A stretch of DNA of 64,000 bases from an uncultured delta proteobacterium (lineage in GTDB: Bacteria; Desulfobacterota; Desulfobacteria; Desulfobacterales; UBA2156). A program made the position numbers and the translations under genes. The notes beneath the pieces are model-generated. The model did no database searches. It saw nothing but the letters and a program-made list of their open reading frames with translations, and was not told where the DNA came from. Positions 10,902-21,213 of this stretch are shown here, in pieces (the stretch's first letter is position 1; each line of letters starts with the position of its first letter). The stretch spans positions 1-64,000 of the forward strand of contig CAVTQK010000017.1 in NCBI GenBank assembly GCA_963736855.1, given 5' to 3'.

Positions 10902-12446
10902 ATGACGATATCGTTGCTAAAAGACGCGTTTAGCAAAGCAGCGAAAGCGCACAGGAGAAAAGATGCCGTCTCGTTTATTCGAAATGGCCGGATGGAATGC
11001 CGGATTTCTTATGGAGCCCTGGAAGAAGATGCAAACCGGTTGGCCCATTACTTATTGAATTCCGGTATAAAAAAGGGTGATCGAATCATCTTTTTTCTCG
11101 AGAAATCCCTTTTTACCGTCATTGCCCATCTGGCCGTTCAGAAGATCGGTGCCGTCGGAGTTCCGTTGAATCCCGGTTTCAAAAAGTCGGAAATGGTCTA
11201 TTTCATAAGGGATGCCCGTCCCCGCCTGGTCATCTGCAACACGGAGACGGACGGCATGATCTTAGGAATCGATCCTAAGGTGTCTATGATAACGCTGGAT
11301 CCTCAAAGACCTTACGGGACCATCGATTTTTTCCGTTCGGCCTCGAAGGATCCACCGGACGTGGATATCGATGAGAAAGATCCCGGGCTGATAATCTACA
11401 CATCGGGGACTACGGGAAAGCCGAAAGGGGCTGTCCTGACCCAGAAAAATCTCATTTGTGACGCTCAAAATATCCTGAGTGCCTGGGAAATTTCCGAATC
11501 GGACGTTTTGTGCCATGCCCTTCCCCTTTTCCACGTCCACGGTCTCTGTTTTGCGCTTCATACGGCATTGATTGCCGGCACCTATGTTTTACTTATGGAT
11601 ACATTTTCCCCTAAAACCGTGATCGATGTCCTGGCCGGGGGAATCGATGGCCGGCTTCCAAGCGTTTTCATGGCGGTTCCGTCCATGTATTCCAAGATGA
11701 TGGATTATTCCGGAAATGAAATGCCGGATTTTGGCCACATGCGTCTTTGGACCTCCGGGTCTGCGCCGCTTCCGGCTTCGGATTTTTCCCGGATCCGGCT
11801 GGTTTTCGGAAAGGAGCCGGTGGAGCGTGAGGGAATGACCGAGACCGGAATGAACTTCACGAATCCCCTGAAGGGAAAACGGAAGCCCGGTTCCATCGGT
11901 GTTCCGATGCCCGGCTTGGCGGTGAGGATTGTAAATCCACGGACCTTAAAAGGCGTGATCTCCGGAGAAATCGGGGAAATCTGGCTCAGAGGGCCCTGTG
12001 TCACACCCGGGTACTGGCAGAAACCTGAGGAGACGGCCAAGGCCTTTTTTGACGGATGGTTCCGTACCGGGGACCTCGGTAAAATGGACGAAGATGGCTA
12101 TTATGTGATTACCGACCGGATCAAGCATATCATCATATCCGGTGGGGAAAATATCTCTCCAAAGGAGGTGGAATCGGTAATCAACCAGCACGAAGGAGTG
12201 ATCGAATCCTCCGTAGTGGGGATTTTCGATGAAAAATGGGGGGAAAAGGTGGTCGCCGCCGTTGTCGTCAAGCCAGGAGAAAAGATTGCAGCCTCGGTTA
12301 TTCAGGGCCACTGCAGAACGCACCTTCACAACTGGAAATGTCCCAAAGAGATTGTTTTTGTAGAAGCGCTTCCCCGGAATACGATGGGAAAGGTACTCAA
12401 GGAAGCGGTGAAAAAGCTTTTTGACAAACCCGATAAAAGCCCCTAA
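10902..12446 (+). CDS. AMP-dependent acyl-CoA synthetase (malonyl-CoA synthetase-like)
   Basis: YTSGTTGKPKG, LPLFHVHGL, EREGMTET, WFRTGD, GGENISPKEVE and LPRNTMGKV. Confidence 0.9.
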   Translation: MTISLLKDAFSKAAKAHRRKDAVSFIRNGRMECRISYGALEEDANRLAHYLLNSGIKKGDRIIFFLEKSLFTVIAHLAVQKIGAVGVPLNPGFKKSEMVYFIRDARPRLVICNTETDGMILGIDPKVSMITLDPQRPYGTIDFFRSASKDPPDVDIDEKDPGLIIYTSGTTGKPKGAVLTQKNLICDAQNILSAWEISESDVLCHALPLFHVHGLCFALHTALIAGTYVLLMDTFSPKTVIDVLAGGIDGRLPSVFMAVPSMYSKMMDYSGNEMPDFGHMRLWTSGSAPLPASDFSRIRLVFGKEPVEREGMTETGMNFTNPLKGKRKPGSIGVPMPGLAVRIVNPRTLKGVISGEIGEIWLRGPCVTPGYWQKPEETAKAFFDGWFRTGDLGKMDEDGYYVITDRIKHIIISGGENISPKEVESVINQHEGVIESSVVGIFDEKWGEKVVAAVVVKPGEKIAASVIQGHCRTHLHNWKCPKEIVFVEALPRNTMGKVLKEAVKKLFDKPDKSP

Positions 12447-12590
12447 CGTCGCGTATCGCAACAAGATCATGAACGATTTCATGAAGAAAGACTTCGGGAT
12501 GGATTCCCATGCCTGCGGATTGTACCAGAGGGCCGTCCCTTGCATGGATCATATCTCAGCCCCTGAAGAAGGGTAGAAGGAGAAGGGAAT

Positions 12591-13670
12591 ATGCCTCACA
12601 CGTTTACACCCAACGCCCTGCCGGTTCTGGTGGGAAGTTTCCCCCTTAGGGACCATTCCGAAGCCATGAACCTGACGATCCGATACACCCCGGAAATCCT
12701 TTCCTGGCCCCAGCTTCCTGCCCACAAAGAGGAGGGAATGCTTGCCCAGTTTATTCCCGGCCTTCCGGGAATCGTCGTAAGCAACGGAAAGATCTTTCTA
12801 GATGATGAGGGTGAGGCCTTCCATTCAGACATGGTCGGGTTTTATGAAGAATACCTGGCCGTCACCGAAGGGACGGCCGACTTGATCCGCAGCCGGTTTT
12901 CCCTGAAAGCCGATACTGCAGGAGGCTTTTTTGCCTTGCTGGAGGCCATCCGGACCCGGAAAGAACCGCTGCTGGCAGTCAAGGGACAGGTCACCGGTCC
13001 CGTCACCTTTACCACGGCCCTGAACAATCGCAAAGGCATCCCCATTTTTTACGATCTTCAGCTCCGGGACGCCGCAGTCAAACTCCTTACGTTAAAAGCG
13101 CGCTGGCAGATCCGAAAGCTCCGGGATTGCGGCGTTCCGGTCATTATTTTTATTGATGAGCCGGGTATGGCAGGATTCGGGTCTTCCGAGTTTACCAGCA
13201 TTTCCCGGGAGGCGGTCAGCCAGTGCTTTAAGGAGATGATCGATGGGATTCAGGCCGAAGGCGGGATTGCAGGTATTCATGTCTGTGCAAACACGGACTG
13301 GTCCCTGATCCTGTCGCTCCCCTTCGACATCGTCAATTTTGATGCCTATGCTTATTTCGATCGGCTCATCCTCTACACTCAGGAAGTCAAACGGTTCTTG
13401 GAGTCCGGGGGGATTCTTGCCTGGGGCATTGTGCCCACATTGAGTACGGAAGCCCTCCGAAAAGAGACCGTGGAATCCCTGGCTGTTATGTGGGAGGCAG
13501 GGATCCGGCGGATCACCGACATCGGTGTCGATCGAAACACGGCCATCCGGCAATCCCTGATCACCCCCAGTTGCGGGATGGGTGCTTTACCCCTTGATCT
13601 GGCGACAAAAGTGCTTATCATGACCCATGAGCTATCGATGAAGATACGAAGCGGTTTCACACACCCCTGA
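12591..13670 (+). CDS. Short (core) cobalamin-independent methionine synthase-like protein, MetE C-terminal fold
   Basis: 359 aa with KGQVTGPVT, FIDEP, GIHVCAN (HxC), NFDAY and ITPSCG, which fit the Zn-ligand pattern. No N-terminal folate-binding half. Confidence 0.75.
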   Translation: MPHTFTPNALPVLVGSFPLRDHSEAMNLTIRYTPEILSWPQLPAHKEEGMLAQFIPGLPGIVVSNGKIFLDDEGEAFHSDMVGFYEEYLAVTEGTADLIRSRFSLKADTAGGFFALLEAIRTRKEPLLAVKGQVTGPVTFTTALNNRKGIPIFYDLQLRDAAVKLLTLKARWQIRKLRDCGVPVIIFIDEPGMAGFGSSEFTSISREAVSQCFKEMIDGIQAEGGIAGIHVCANTDWSLILSLPFDIVNFDAYAYFDRLILYTQEVKRFLESGGILAWGIVPTLSTEALRKETVESLAVMWEAGIRRITDIGVDRNTAIRQSLITPSCGMGALPLDLATKVLIMTHELSMKIRSGFTHP

Positions 13671-13685
13671 TGTCTTAAAAAATAA

Positions 13686-14597
13686 ATGAACCCAAACAAG
13701 GGAAAGATGCTTCACCTTTTCCCGGAAAATGGATTTGAGGAGGCTATGAGGCTGGAAACAAAAAGTCAATTCACAGGGGCTACCCGTTATGTCTTGGACG
13801 ATGAGCTGGCAAGGATCGTGAACATCTCCATGGCGCTGGAAATGCCGCTTCTCATGAAAGGTGAGCCCGGCACCGGGAAAACCATGTTGGCCCATGCCAT
13901 TGCGGAGAGCCTGAAGATGCCCCTGACCGTATTGAACGTCAAATCCAGCATGAAGCTGGTGGACGCCCTGTATCAATATGATACGCTGACCCGTTTGAAC
14001 GACAGCCGCTTCGGGGATTCATCCCGAAACGTCAGCAACATCGAAGACTATATCAAGATGGGTAAGATCGGTCAGGCGTTTGTTTCCGACATCCGCATGG
14101 TCCTGCTCATCGACGAGATCGATAAAGCGGATACGGATTTTCAGGACGATATGCTCGATGTTTTGGACCAGATGGAGTTTGACATCATCGAAATCGATAA
14201 GACCGTCTGTGCCAAGCATCGGCCGGTCATTATCATCACCTCGAATGCCAAAAAAGACCTTTCCGACCCATTCCTGGGCCGGTGCAATTTCCACCACATC
14301 GCCTTTCCGGATCCGAAGATGATGCGAAAAATCATTCAGGTCCATTTCCCGGACATCGAGTCGGAACTCCTGGAGAACGCAGTGGAGACTTTTTATCGAC
14401 TCCGGGAGATCGATGCCATCGAGAAGAAGCCGGCCACACGGGAATTGATCAACTGGATACGGGCCTTGAGGGCCGATCCGGATTTCAAGCCCAGAAATTT
14501 GAGCAAGGGGGATGTCCCGTTTATGGGGGTCCTGTTCAAAAAAAGCCAGGATTACGAGCGTGCCGACAATGTGATTCACCGGCGCCGGCCGTACTAA
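13686..14597 (+). CDS. MoxR-family AAA+ ATPase
   Basis: GEPGTGKT, LLIDEIDKAD, IITSNA and KKPATRELINW. Confidence 0.92.
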   Translation: MNPNKGKMLHLFPENGFEEAMRLETKSQFTGATRYVLDDELARIVNISMALEMPLLMKGEPGTGKTMLAHAIAESLKMPLTVLNVKSSMKLVDALYQYDTLTRLNDSRFGDSSRNVSNIEDYIKMGKIGQAFVSDIRMVLLIDEIDKADTDFQDDMLDVLDQMEFDIIEIDKTVCAKHRPVIIITSNAKKDLSDPFLGRCNFHHIAFPDPKMMRKIIQVHFPDIESELLENAVETFYRLREIDAIEKKPATRELINWIRALRADPDFKPRNLSKGDVPFMGVLFKKSQDYERADNVIHRRRPY

Positions 14598-14601
14598 ATT
14601 C

Positions 14602-15795
14602 ATGTTCATCGATTTTTTTTACAAGCTCAAGGACCACGGGATTCCGGTGAATCCCACCGCCTTTTTGACCCTTCACAAGGCTCTTAACCAGGGGTTGATC
14701 CGTTCCCTCGAAGATTTCTATACCGCATCCCGATCTATCCTCGTCAAAAGCGAACGGTATTTCGACCGCTTCGATGAGGTCTTTGCCCATCATTTCGAGG
14801 GTGCGGAGCTGCCGTCTGATGCGGCATTCGAAATTTCCGAGCTGGCCAGGGCCTTGCTGGAACAATGGTTGAAGGACCCGGAGACCGTTTCAAAGATGTT
14901 GGGCCTCGATGAGTCGGAAGTCTCCAAGCTTACCCCTGAGGAATTGATCGAGTATTTCAAGGAGCGGCTGAAGGAGCAGACTGAAGCCCATCATGGCGGA
15001 AGCAGGTGGATCGGCACGGGCGGAACTTCGCCGGTAGGGCATTCCGGATACCATCCCGGCGGGATGCGCATCGGCGGAGTGTCGCGGAACAAGTCTGCGG
15101 TCAAGGTGGCCATGGAACGGCGCTACAAGGACTATTCCCGAACCGGCCCCCTCACCCAGGACCTCATCGGCGAAGCTCTCAAGCGGCTTCGGCACATGAT
15201 TCCGGAAGGCCCGAAAGACCGAATCGACGTCGATGAGACCATTTATCAAACGATGAAAAACGCCGGCGAAATCGAGATTGTCTTCGAAAGAAGCCTCAAG
15301 GATCGGCTTAAGATCATTCTGGCCATCGACAACGGCGGCTGGTCCATGGATCCTTACATCTCGGTGGTGCAGACCCTGTTCGATTATGCCAGGGCCCAGT
15401 TCAAGGACCTAAAGACATATTTTTTCCACAACACCATCTACGACAACTTGTGGGAAGACCATGCCCGCTACAAGAAGCCCCAAAAGGTGGACTGGCTGAT
15501 TCGATTTGACCCGCAGACGCGATTCATCGTGGTGGGAGATGCCAGCATGGCGCCCTATGAGCTCATGTCAACGGACGGCTCGATCCATCTGGAAGAGCGC
15601 ACTTCCAAGCCGAGCATCGAGCGCCTGAAATGGATTGCCGCAACCTTTGCTTACGCGGTGTGGCTGAATCCCGTCCCTTCCCGATTCTGGGGCAATACGC
15701 GCACCATCGCAGCCATCGCCCAGATCTTTCCCATGTTCGAGCTCACCCTCGACGGCCTTGAAAAGGCCGTAAAGCACTTGATGGCAAAAATATAA
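14602..15795 (+). CDS. VWA domain-containing protein (CoxE-like), MoxR partner
   Basis: WIGTGGTSPVGHSG, DNGGWSM (MIDAS-like), VGDASMAPYEL and WLNP. Adjacent to the MoxR gene. Confidence 0.88.
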   Translation: MFIDFFYKLKDHGIPVNPTAFLTLHKALNQGLIRSLEDFYTASRSILVKSERYFDRFDEVFAHHFEGAELPSDAAFEISELARALLEQWLKDPETVSKMLGLDESEVSKLTPEELIEYFKERLKEQTEAHHGGSRWIGTGGTSPVGHSGYHPGGMRIGGVSRNKSAVKVAMERRYKDYSRTGPLTQDLIGEALKRLRHMIPEGPKDRIDVDETIYQTMKNAGEIEIVFERSLKDRLKIILAIDNGGWSMDPYISVVQTLFDYARAQFKDLKTYFFHNTIYDNLWEDHARYKKPQKVDWLIRFDPQTRFIVVGDASMAPYELMSTDGSIHLEERTSKPSIERLKWIAATFAYAVWLNPVPSRFWGNTRTIAAIAQIFPMFELTLDGLEKAVKHLMAKI

Positions 15796-15825
15796 CCAAG
15801 CGGCATTTTTGGTTAAAATGGGTGC

Positions 15826-16623
15826 CTATGGAGACGGCTCGCGCCTGACGATGTGAAACAGGCGACAGGTATTTTCCCAGACGGCATTCGCCAGATCCTT
15901 GGGATCTTCTTTACGGACCTGAGCCAGCGTCAGCAGGACGGACTTCACAAAGGCGGGTTCGTTACGACGCGTATGCTTATTCTCAGGATGCGGAGTGAGG
16001 TAGGGCGCATCGGTTTCCACCAGGAGACGCTCTTTGGGTACCATGGGGATCATGCTGCGCAGATCACTTCCGCGATCGATCAAAGTGAGGATTCCGGAGA
16101 TACCGATATAAAAATCCGCATCGATGTAAGCCGTCAGCTCCTTGGCGGTTCCGCTGAAACAGTGGACGACGGCGTCTTTCCCGGGAAGCCCACAAGATGA
16201 TAGGATTTCCATAAGTCGCCCGCGGGTGTCCCGTTCGTGCAGGATAACCGGAAGGTCGAGGTCAAGAGCGATTTCCAGTTGTCGTTTAAACCATTTCTCC
16301 TGGACGGCTTTCGGGGAGAACATGCGGTTGTAATCGAGTCCGATTTCGCCCCAGGCTTTGACCTTGGGATGTTCGGAAAGGTCCCGCAGCTGATTTAGGA
16401 TGGCATCGGAGCATTCTTTCGAATCATGCGGATGGACTCCCACAGAAGCAAAAAGACTGTTGTCGGATTGGGCGATTCGAACGGCTTTTTGCGAACTCTT
16501 ATCGTCAATGCCGACGATCATGAGGCTGGCGACACCGGCATCCCGGGCTCGGGCAATGACGGCTTCGATATCCGGATCGAAGGCGCGGTCATCTAAATGG
16601 CAGTGGCTGTCGAAGAGTCTCAT
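15826..16623 (-). CDS. tatD: TatD family deoxyribonuclease
   Basis: DSHCHL, GVHPH, GEIGLDY, VHCFSG and ETDAPYL. Confidence 0.93.
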   Translation of the reverse strand: MRLFDSHCHLDDRAFDPDIEAVIARARDAGVASLMIVGIDDKSSQKAVRIAQSDNSLFASVGVHPHDSKECSDAILNQLRDLSEHPKVKAWGEIGLDYNRMFSPKAVQEKWFKRQLEIALDLDLPVILHERDTRGRLMEILSSCGLPGKDAVVHCFSGTAKELTAYIDADFYIGISGILTLIDRGSDLRSMIPMVPKERLLVETDAPYLTPHPENKHTRRNEPAFVKSVLLTLAQVRKEDPKDLANAVWENTCRLFHIVRREPSP

Positions 16624-16910
16624 TCCAACCGTTATAACAGAGTGGGCCTGTAACGTTTTTTCGTATTCCTAACGGCGATTCACGGCAAATGCAAGGGAAA
16701 TCCCATTTCAATAAACGCTGTTTTCCAACGCGTGTTCCAGGCCAAGCAAATCTTTTCATGTGCATGACCGGAGCAGAGACGACAGTACCCGGTCCACATG
16801 CAGCGATGAAGAGTTATCCCAAAATCCAATGAAAGGCAAGTCCAGGATCATCGGCTTCTTTTGCTTTTGTTCAGGCCCGGGAACCCAAGATGATGATCGT
16901 ATCGGTGATA

Positions 16911-17504
16911 TCAGGCTGCCTCATGCGAGAAAGGGTGTATTTTCATCTGGAGATAGTTCAATCCCTCCCGGATGGCTGCATTCACCGGAAGGAGTTTTAT
17001 TCCGTATATCGGATGCATCGATGCGATTCTTATGAAAAAATCCTGATAAAAGGGTGGGAGGGATTTCTTTGAAACAGCGGTGTGAAATCGTTCAAGACTG
17101 TCCGGATGGCGGTCTTTGATCGGTCTGCAAAAACAGGGCTCCAAAATTCCTTTCCGATTTCTTCGGCCGGCATATCCGAAGAGACGGCAAACCAGAGGCC
17201 TGAATTCATAAAAAGAACATCGGCCCTCTCCCGGGTGTCCGGCTTTCGGGCTGTAGATCACACAGCGTGTTGCACCATTTATTGCCCTGTTTTCCAATAA
17301 TGGTAACAGTCCGTCTGCGGCGTTTTTTGACAGGATCTCTGAGGCCAGTGGAAGGGTCTCCAGAACCGTCGCTTCGACATTGTTGCTTTCGCAGCAATGT
17401 CCGCAGCGATCCGGACAAAACAAGCCGCTTGCCATTTGGAATTGGGCAATCTTTGTATCGATTTCCTGATAAACGGCTACTATATCGGGTATGAAATCCA
17501 ACAT
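16911..17504 (-). CDS. YkgJ-family cysteine-cluster (Fe-S/Zn) protein
   Basis: CPDRCGHCC...C...CSFYEFRPLVCRLFG. Confidence 0.85.
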   Translation of the reverse strand: MLDFIPDIVAVYQEIDTKIAQFQMASGLFCPDRCGHCCESNNVEATVLETLPLASEILSKNAADGLLPLLENRAINGATRCVIYSPKAGHPGEGRCSFYEFRPLVCRLFGYAGRRNRKGILEPCFCRPIKDRHPDSLERFHTAVSKKSLPPFYQDFFIRIASMHPIYGIKLLPVNAAIREGLNYLQMKIHPFSHEAA

Positions 17505-17519
17505 GATGAGGTTCCCTAA

Positions 17520-17918
17520 CTAAGGGTGGCCCAATTCTTTGATCGCATCCATCGCTTGCAATCGGCTCTCCCACGGAATAAAAAGGTGGTCGTGGTAGTA
17601 AGCGGAAATGGGATTAACACAGATGCCGGCGCGCGCGAGCGCACCGGTAATGGATGCAAGGAAACCCACCGCAGACAAGGATGAGTGTACGGTCAGTGTT
17701 ATACAAGCCCAAATCTTATGAACAGGCAAGCTGCTTTTACTTGCCTGTTCTTGGGTTGTGACAAGGGTAACGCCTTCTTCCTCCCAAAATGCGGCCAGTG
17801 GTTCAAATGGCAACTTATGGAAAGTATTCTGATCTATTGAGCAAAACACATAGGACGACTCGTGTAGAACCGGCCGCATGGTTGCGAGCAAAGTTTTAAG
17901 ATCTGTTTGGCCATCCAT
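17520..17918 (-). CDS. ACT domain-containing protein
   Basis: EEEGVTLV, ITLTVHSSLSAVGF and NPISAYYHDHLF. Confidence 0.85.
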   Translation of the reverse strand: MDGQTDLKTLLATMRPVLHESSYVFCSIDQNTFHKLPFEPLAAFWEEEGVTLVTTQEQASKSSLPVHKIWACITLTVHSSLSAVGFLASITGALARAGICVNPISAYYHDHLFIPWESRLQAMDAIKELGHP

Positions 17919-18122
17919 ATCGGGTGATTAAATATTTGATGAGGGTTCCTTCGATTGACATAACAGAAAAACTGATGTCAAGAATTGGTGCCGGTAGGTA
18001 TTTTTCCTCCTTTTGTTCTTTACAATGCAAGATGCGCCCTTGCAACTTAGCCTGACTTGTAACCATCTTTTGCCATCTTCGCATTCCTGGAAAATAAAGC
18101 CAATCAAATTATTTGAAACCCA

Positions 18123-19616
18123 TCAAAACATGAGTTCGACGATTTGGGCTAAGGGCTGCCAATAAATACCTAATCCAAAGGTGGGGATCATCAGAGTAAT
18201 GAGGAGCAATTGCGAACCAAGAGATATTTCGGGATAGTGGGATTCAGTCGCGGGTTCCAGAAACATGGCTTTCACGATTCGCATGTAGTAGTAAAGCGAA
18301 ACCACTGTGTTGAGCGCAGCGACTACGGCCAGCCAGTAAATTTCGCGGGAGATCACCGCGATAAAAAGGTAAACCTTACCGACGAAGCCGGCAAAGGGAG
18401 GAAGTCCGACTAGAGAAAACAGAAAAACAGTCATGGCCACGGCGATAAAGGGCGATTGATTCCCAAGCCCGCGATAAGAATGAATCTCTTCGCTCTCGAC
18501 CGTGCCTCCTAAAATCGCCACTACGGCAAATGCGCCTAAATTCATGAACAGGTAAACCGCCATATAAAAAATGACCGCCCTCAGCCCTATGCGGCTCAGG
18601 CTTGCTAATCCCATGAGCAGATAGCCTGCATGGGCGATGCTGGAGTAGGCTAAAAGTCGCTTAACATTTGTCTGGGGGATAGCCGCCAGGTTTCCCCAGG
18701 TCATGGTAACAGCAGAAATGAGAGCCAAGATGGCGGGCCAATTCAGGCCTATTGCGGCTGTATAAAGCTCATTCCCTTCTCGGGTGGCAAACAGGGGATA
18801 GAACAGGCGAATAAACAGGGCAAAAGCAGCACACTTCGGACCCACGCTGAGAAACGCGGTAACGGATGTCGGTGCGCCCTCATAGACATCGGGGCACCAA
18901 AAGTGAAAAGGAAAAGAAGCGGTTTTAAAGAGCAGACCGACCAGAAAAAACAGCATGGCGGTAATAAGAAGCAGCCGGTTGTGGGGTTGTGCGCTCGCCG
19001 ATGCGATTGCCTGGCTGATGCCGGAAAGTTCTGTTGTTCCGGCCGCACCGAAGACCAGGGAAAATCCGAACAACATAATCCCCGAGGTAAAAGCGCCATA
19101 GAGTATATACTTCAAGGCAGCCTCGCCACTCCTCAGTTCACGGGCTTTGATCCCTACGAGCAGATAGCTCAAAATGCCCATTGTTTCAAAAGCAACGTAG
19201 ATCATCAGCAAGTCGGTCGCGGCCACCAGCATCATCATGCCGATGGTTATAACTAAAACGAGAAACACCGATTCATGGTAATACTGATCTTCGATCTCTT
19301 TGCTGCCGTAAATCAAAATGATTGTCACACCACCGACAACGGCAAAAAAAGGTTTGAAGAAACAACTCAGCCAATCCCAAATGAAGAGATTCGAGAGGTA
19401 GGGGATGTTTCCGCCGGGTGAAGGAAGCACCATGAGAGGAACAAGCGATAGGCCCAATGCCGCCACTCCAATCAATGTGAAAACCATCCGATAACGCCAA
19501 TAGGGGATGGCTATCCCTGTTATCAGCAGCAGCAGGGCGCCTGTGGAAAGCACAATTTCAGGGCCAAGAAGCGAAAGGCTCCGGATGTTGTCAACGATGA
19601 AAGCTTCGGCGGTCAA
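18123..19616 (-). CDS. nuoN: Complex I-like oxidoreductase subunit N
   Basis: EAALKY, FKTASFPFHFWCPDVYEGAP and KRLLAYSSIAHAGY. Last gene of the operon. Confidence 0.95.
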   Translation of the reverse strand: MTAEAFIVDNIRSLSLLGPEIVLSTGALLLLITGIAIPYWRYRMVFTLIGVAALGLSLVPLMVLPSPGGNIPYLSNLFIWDWLSCFFKPFFAVVGGVTIILIYGSKEIEDQYYHESVFLVLVITIGMMMLVAATDLLMIYVAFETMGILSYLLVGIKARELRSGEAALKYILYGAFTSGIMLFGFSLVFGAAGTTELSGISQAIASASAQPHNRLLLITAMLFFLVGLLFKTASFPFHFWCPDVYEGAPTSVTAFLSVGPKCAAFALFIRLFYPLFATREGNELYTAAIGLNWPAILALISAVTMTWGNLAAIPQTNVKRLLAYSSIAHAGYLLMGLASLSRIGLRAVIFYMAVYLFMNLGAFAVVAILGGTVESEEIHSYRGLGNQSPFIAVAMTVFLFSLVGLPPFAGFVGKVYLFIAVISREIYWLAVVAALNTVVSLYYYMRIVKAMFLEPATESHYPEISLGSQLLLITLMIPTFGLGIYWQPLAQIVELMF

Positions 19617-19641
19617 GATGTCTATCCTTTGTTGTCCGCAT

Positions 19642-21144
19642 TCAGCGCAAGATCAAGTCTACGGTGTGTTTAAGGCTTGTGCCGATCAGATCCAGCAGCG
19701 GCATGGGATAAAACCCGAGAAGCACCACGATCAGGGCTAAAGGTGTCAGTGTAAATACTTCGCGCAGGTTGATATCCGGAAGGCCGGCATACTGCTCCTT
19801 GACAGGTCCTAAAAAAACGCGCTGCATGGTCCAGAGAAAATAGCCTGCCGTGAGGACGATTCCTGAGGTTGCCGTAATCGTATAGACTCGATACTGCTGG
19901 AATGAACCGATCAGCACCAGGGCTTCACTGATGAAGCTGGAGAGCCCAGGTAACCCTAAAGCCGCAAAAAACGCTAGACCGGTATATCCCGCGTAGATCG
20001 GCATGGTTTTGGCGAGTCCGCCGAAACCGTCGATCATGCGGTGATGGGCACGGTCGTAGATCACCCCTACCAGAAGAAAGAGCATGGCGGTCACTGTGCC
20101 GTGGTTGAACATCTGCAGAACGGCGCCGTTGATTGCTGTAGTGTTGGTAAATACGGACATACCCAAGACCACAAAACCCATGTGGCTGATGCTGGAATAG
20201 GCAATCAGCTTCTTAAGATCCTGCTGGGCCATGGCACAGAGGGCGCCGTATATAATACTGATCACACCGAAAAGAGCCACGTAGGGAGCAAAGACAAAAG
20301 CCATGTCCGGAAGCAGGGGGTAAGAAATCCGTAAAATCCCATAAGCCCCCATTTTCAAAAGAACGCCGGCCAGAATGACGCTGACGGCAGTCGGCGCTTC
20401 CACATGGGCATCCGGGAGCCACGTATGAAGAGGGACCACCGGTATCTTGATGCAGAAGCCGATGAGAAGTGCGAAGTAGCAGAGCCAGCGGATGGTCGTG
20501 TTTAGAAGCAGGCTTTGGTGCATGCTCTGATCGGCCAGGATAGTCAGATCAAAAGTGTGCAGGCCCGTAGTCGGTTCGGCCGACCCGAAGAAACAAATCA
20601 CCATGACGATGAGCATCAATACGCTGCCCACCAGCGTGAATAGGAAGAATTTGATGGCGGCGTATTCCTTTTTGGGACCACCCCAGACTCCGATGAGGAA
20701 GTACATGGGGAGCAACATCAGCTCCCAAAAAACATAAAACAGGAAGAAATCCAGAGCGCAGAAAACGCCCATCATACTGGTATCCAGCAGCAAAAAAAGG
20801 GTAAAATAGCCCCGGACGTGCTGCCGGATGTTCCAGGAAGCGACGATGCACAGGAAGGAGAGCATGGCTGTCAGCAGGACCATGGGAATGCTGATCCCGT
20901 CGATTCCCACAGAGTAGCTTATGTTGAAAGCTTTTATCCAGGGTACCCTTTCCACATACTGAAATGCCGTGTCTGCCGGATCGAATCGGTTATAGAGCTT
21001 GGCCACCCACCAAAGCGGAATAGCGGTGCTGATGAGAGCCAGAGTCTTCATCAGGTTGGGAAAGCGTTTGGGCACAAAGAGGATGGCACCCGCCCCCACC
21101 AGCGGGGAAAAAATAATCCAAGACAGTAGATGTTCGGCAAACAT
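19642..21144 (-). CDS. nuoM: Complex I-like oxidoreductase subunit M
   Basis: GIDGIS, FYVFWE, KIPVVPLHTWLPDAHVEAPT and LAGVLLKMG. Confidence 0.96.
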   Translation of the reverse strand: MFAEHLLSWIIFSPLVGAGAILFVPKRFPNLMKTLALISTAIPLWWVAKLYNRFDPADTAFQYVERVPWIKAFNISYSVGIDGISIPMVLLTAMLSFLCIVASWNIRQHVRGYFTLFLLLDTSMMGVFCALDFFLFYVFWELMLLPMYFLIGVWGGPKKEYAAIKFFLFTLVGSVLMLIVMVICFFGSAEPTTGLHTFDLTILADQSMHQSLLLNTTIRWLCYFALLIGFCIKIPVVPLHTWLPDAHVEAPTAVSVILAGVLLKMGAYGILRISYPLLPDMAFVFAPYVALFGVISIIYGALCAMAQQDLKKLIAYSSISHMGFVVLGMSVFTNTTAINGAVLQMFNHGTVTAMLFLLVGVIYDRAHHRMIDGFGGLAKTMPIYAGYTGLAFFAALGLPGLSSFISEALVLIGSFQQYRVYTITATSGIVLTAGYFLWTMQRVFLGPVKEQYAGLPDINLREVFTLTPLALIVVLLGFYPMPLLDLIGTSLKHTVDLILR

Positions 21145-21213
21145 CGTCAGGTCCTCCCTACGGGTCCGACGAGCGGCTATTTTCTAAAAGCCGATCCGCA
21201 AGACCCGCAGCAA

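Noticed and set aside
16640..16905. Possible small gene or RNA between tatD and the YkgJ gene
   Set aside because: Only short ORFs without RBS or motifs and one modest hairpin, so nothing supportable.
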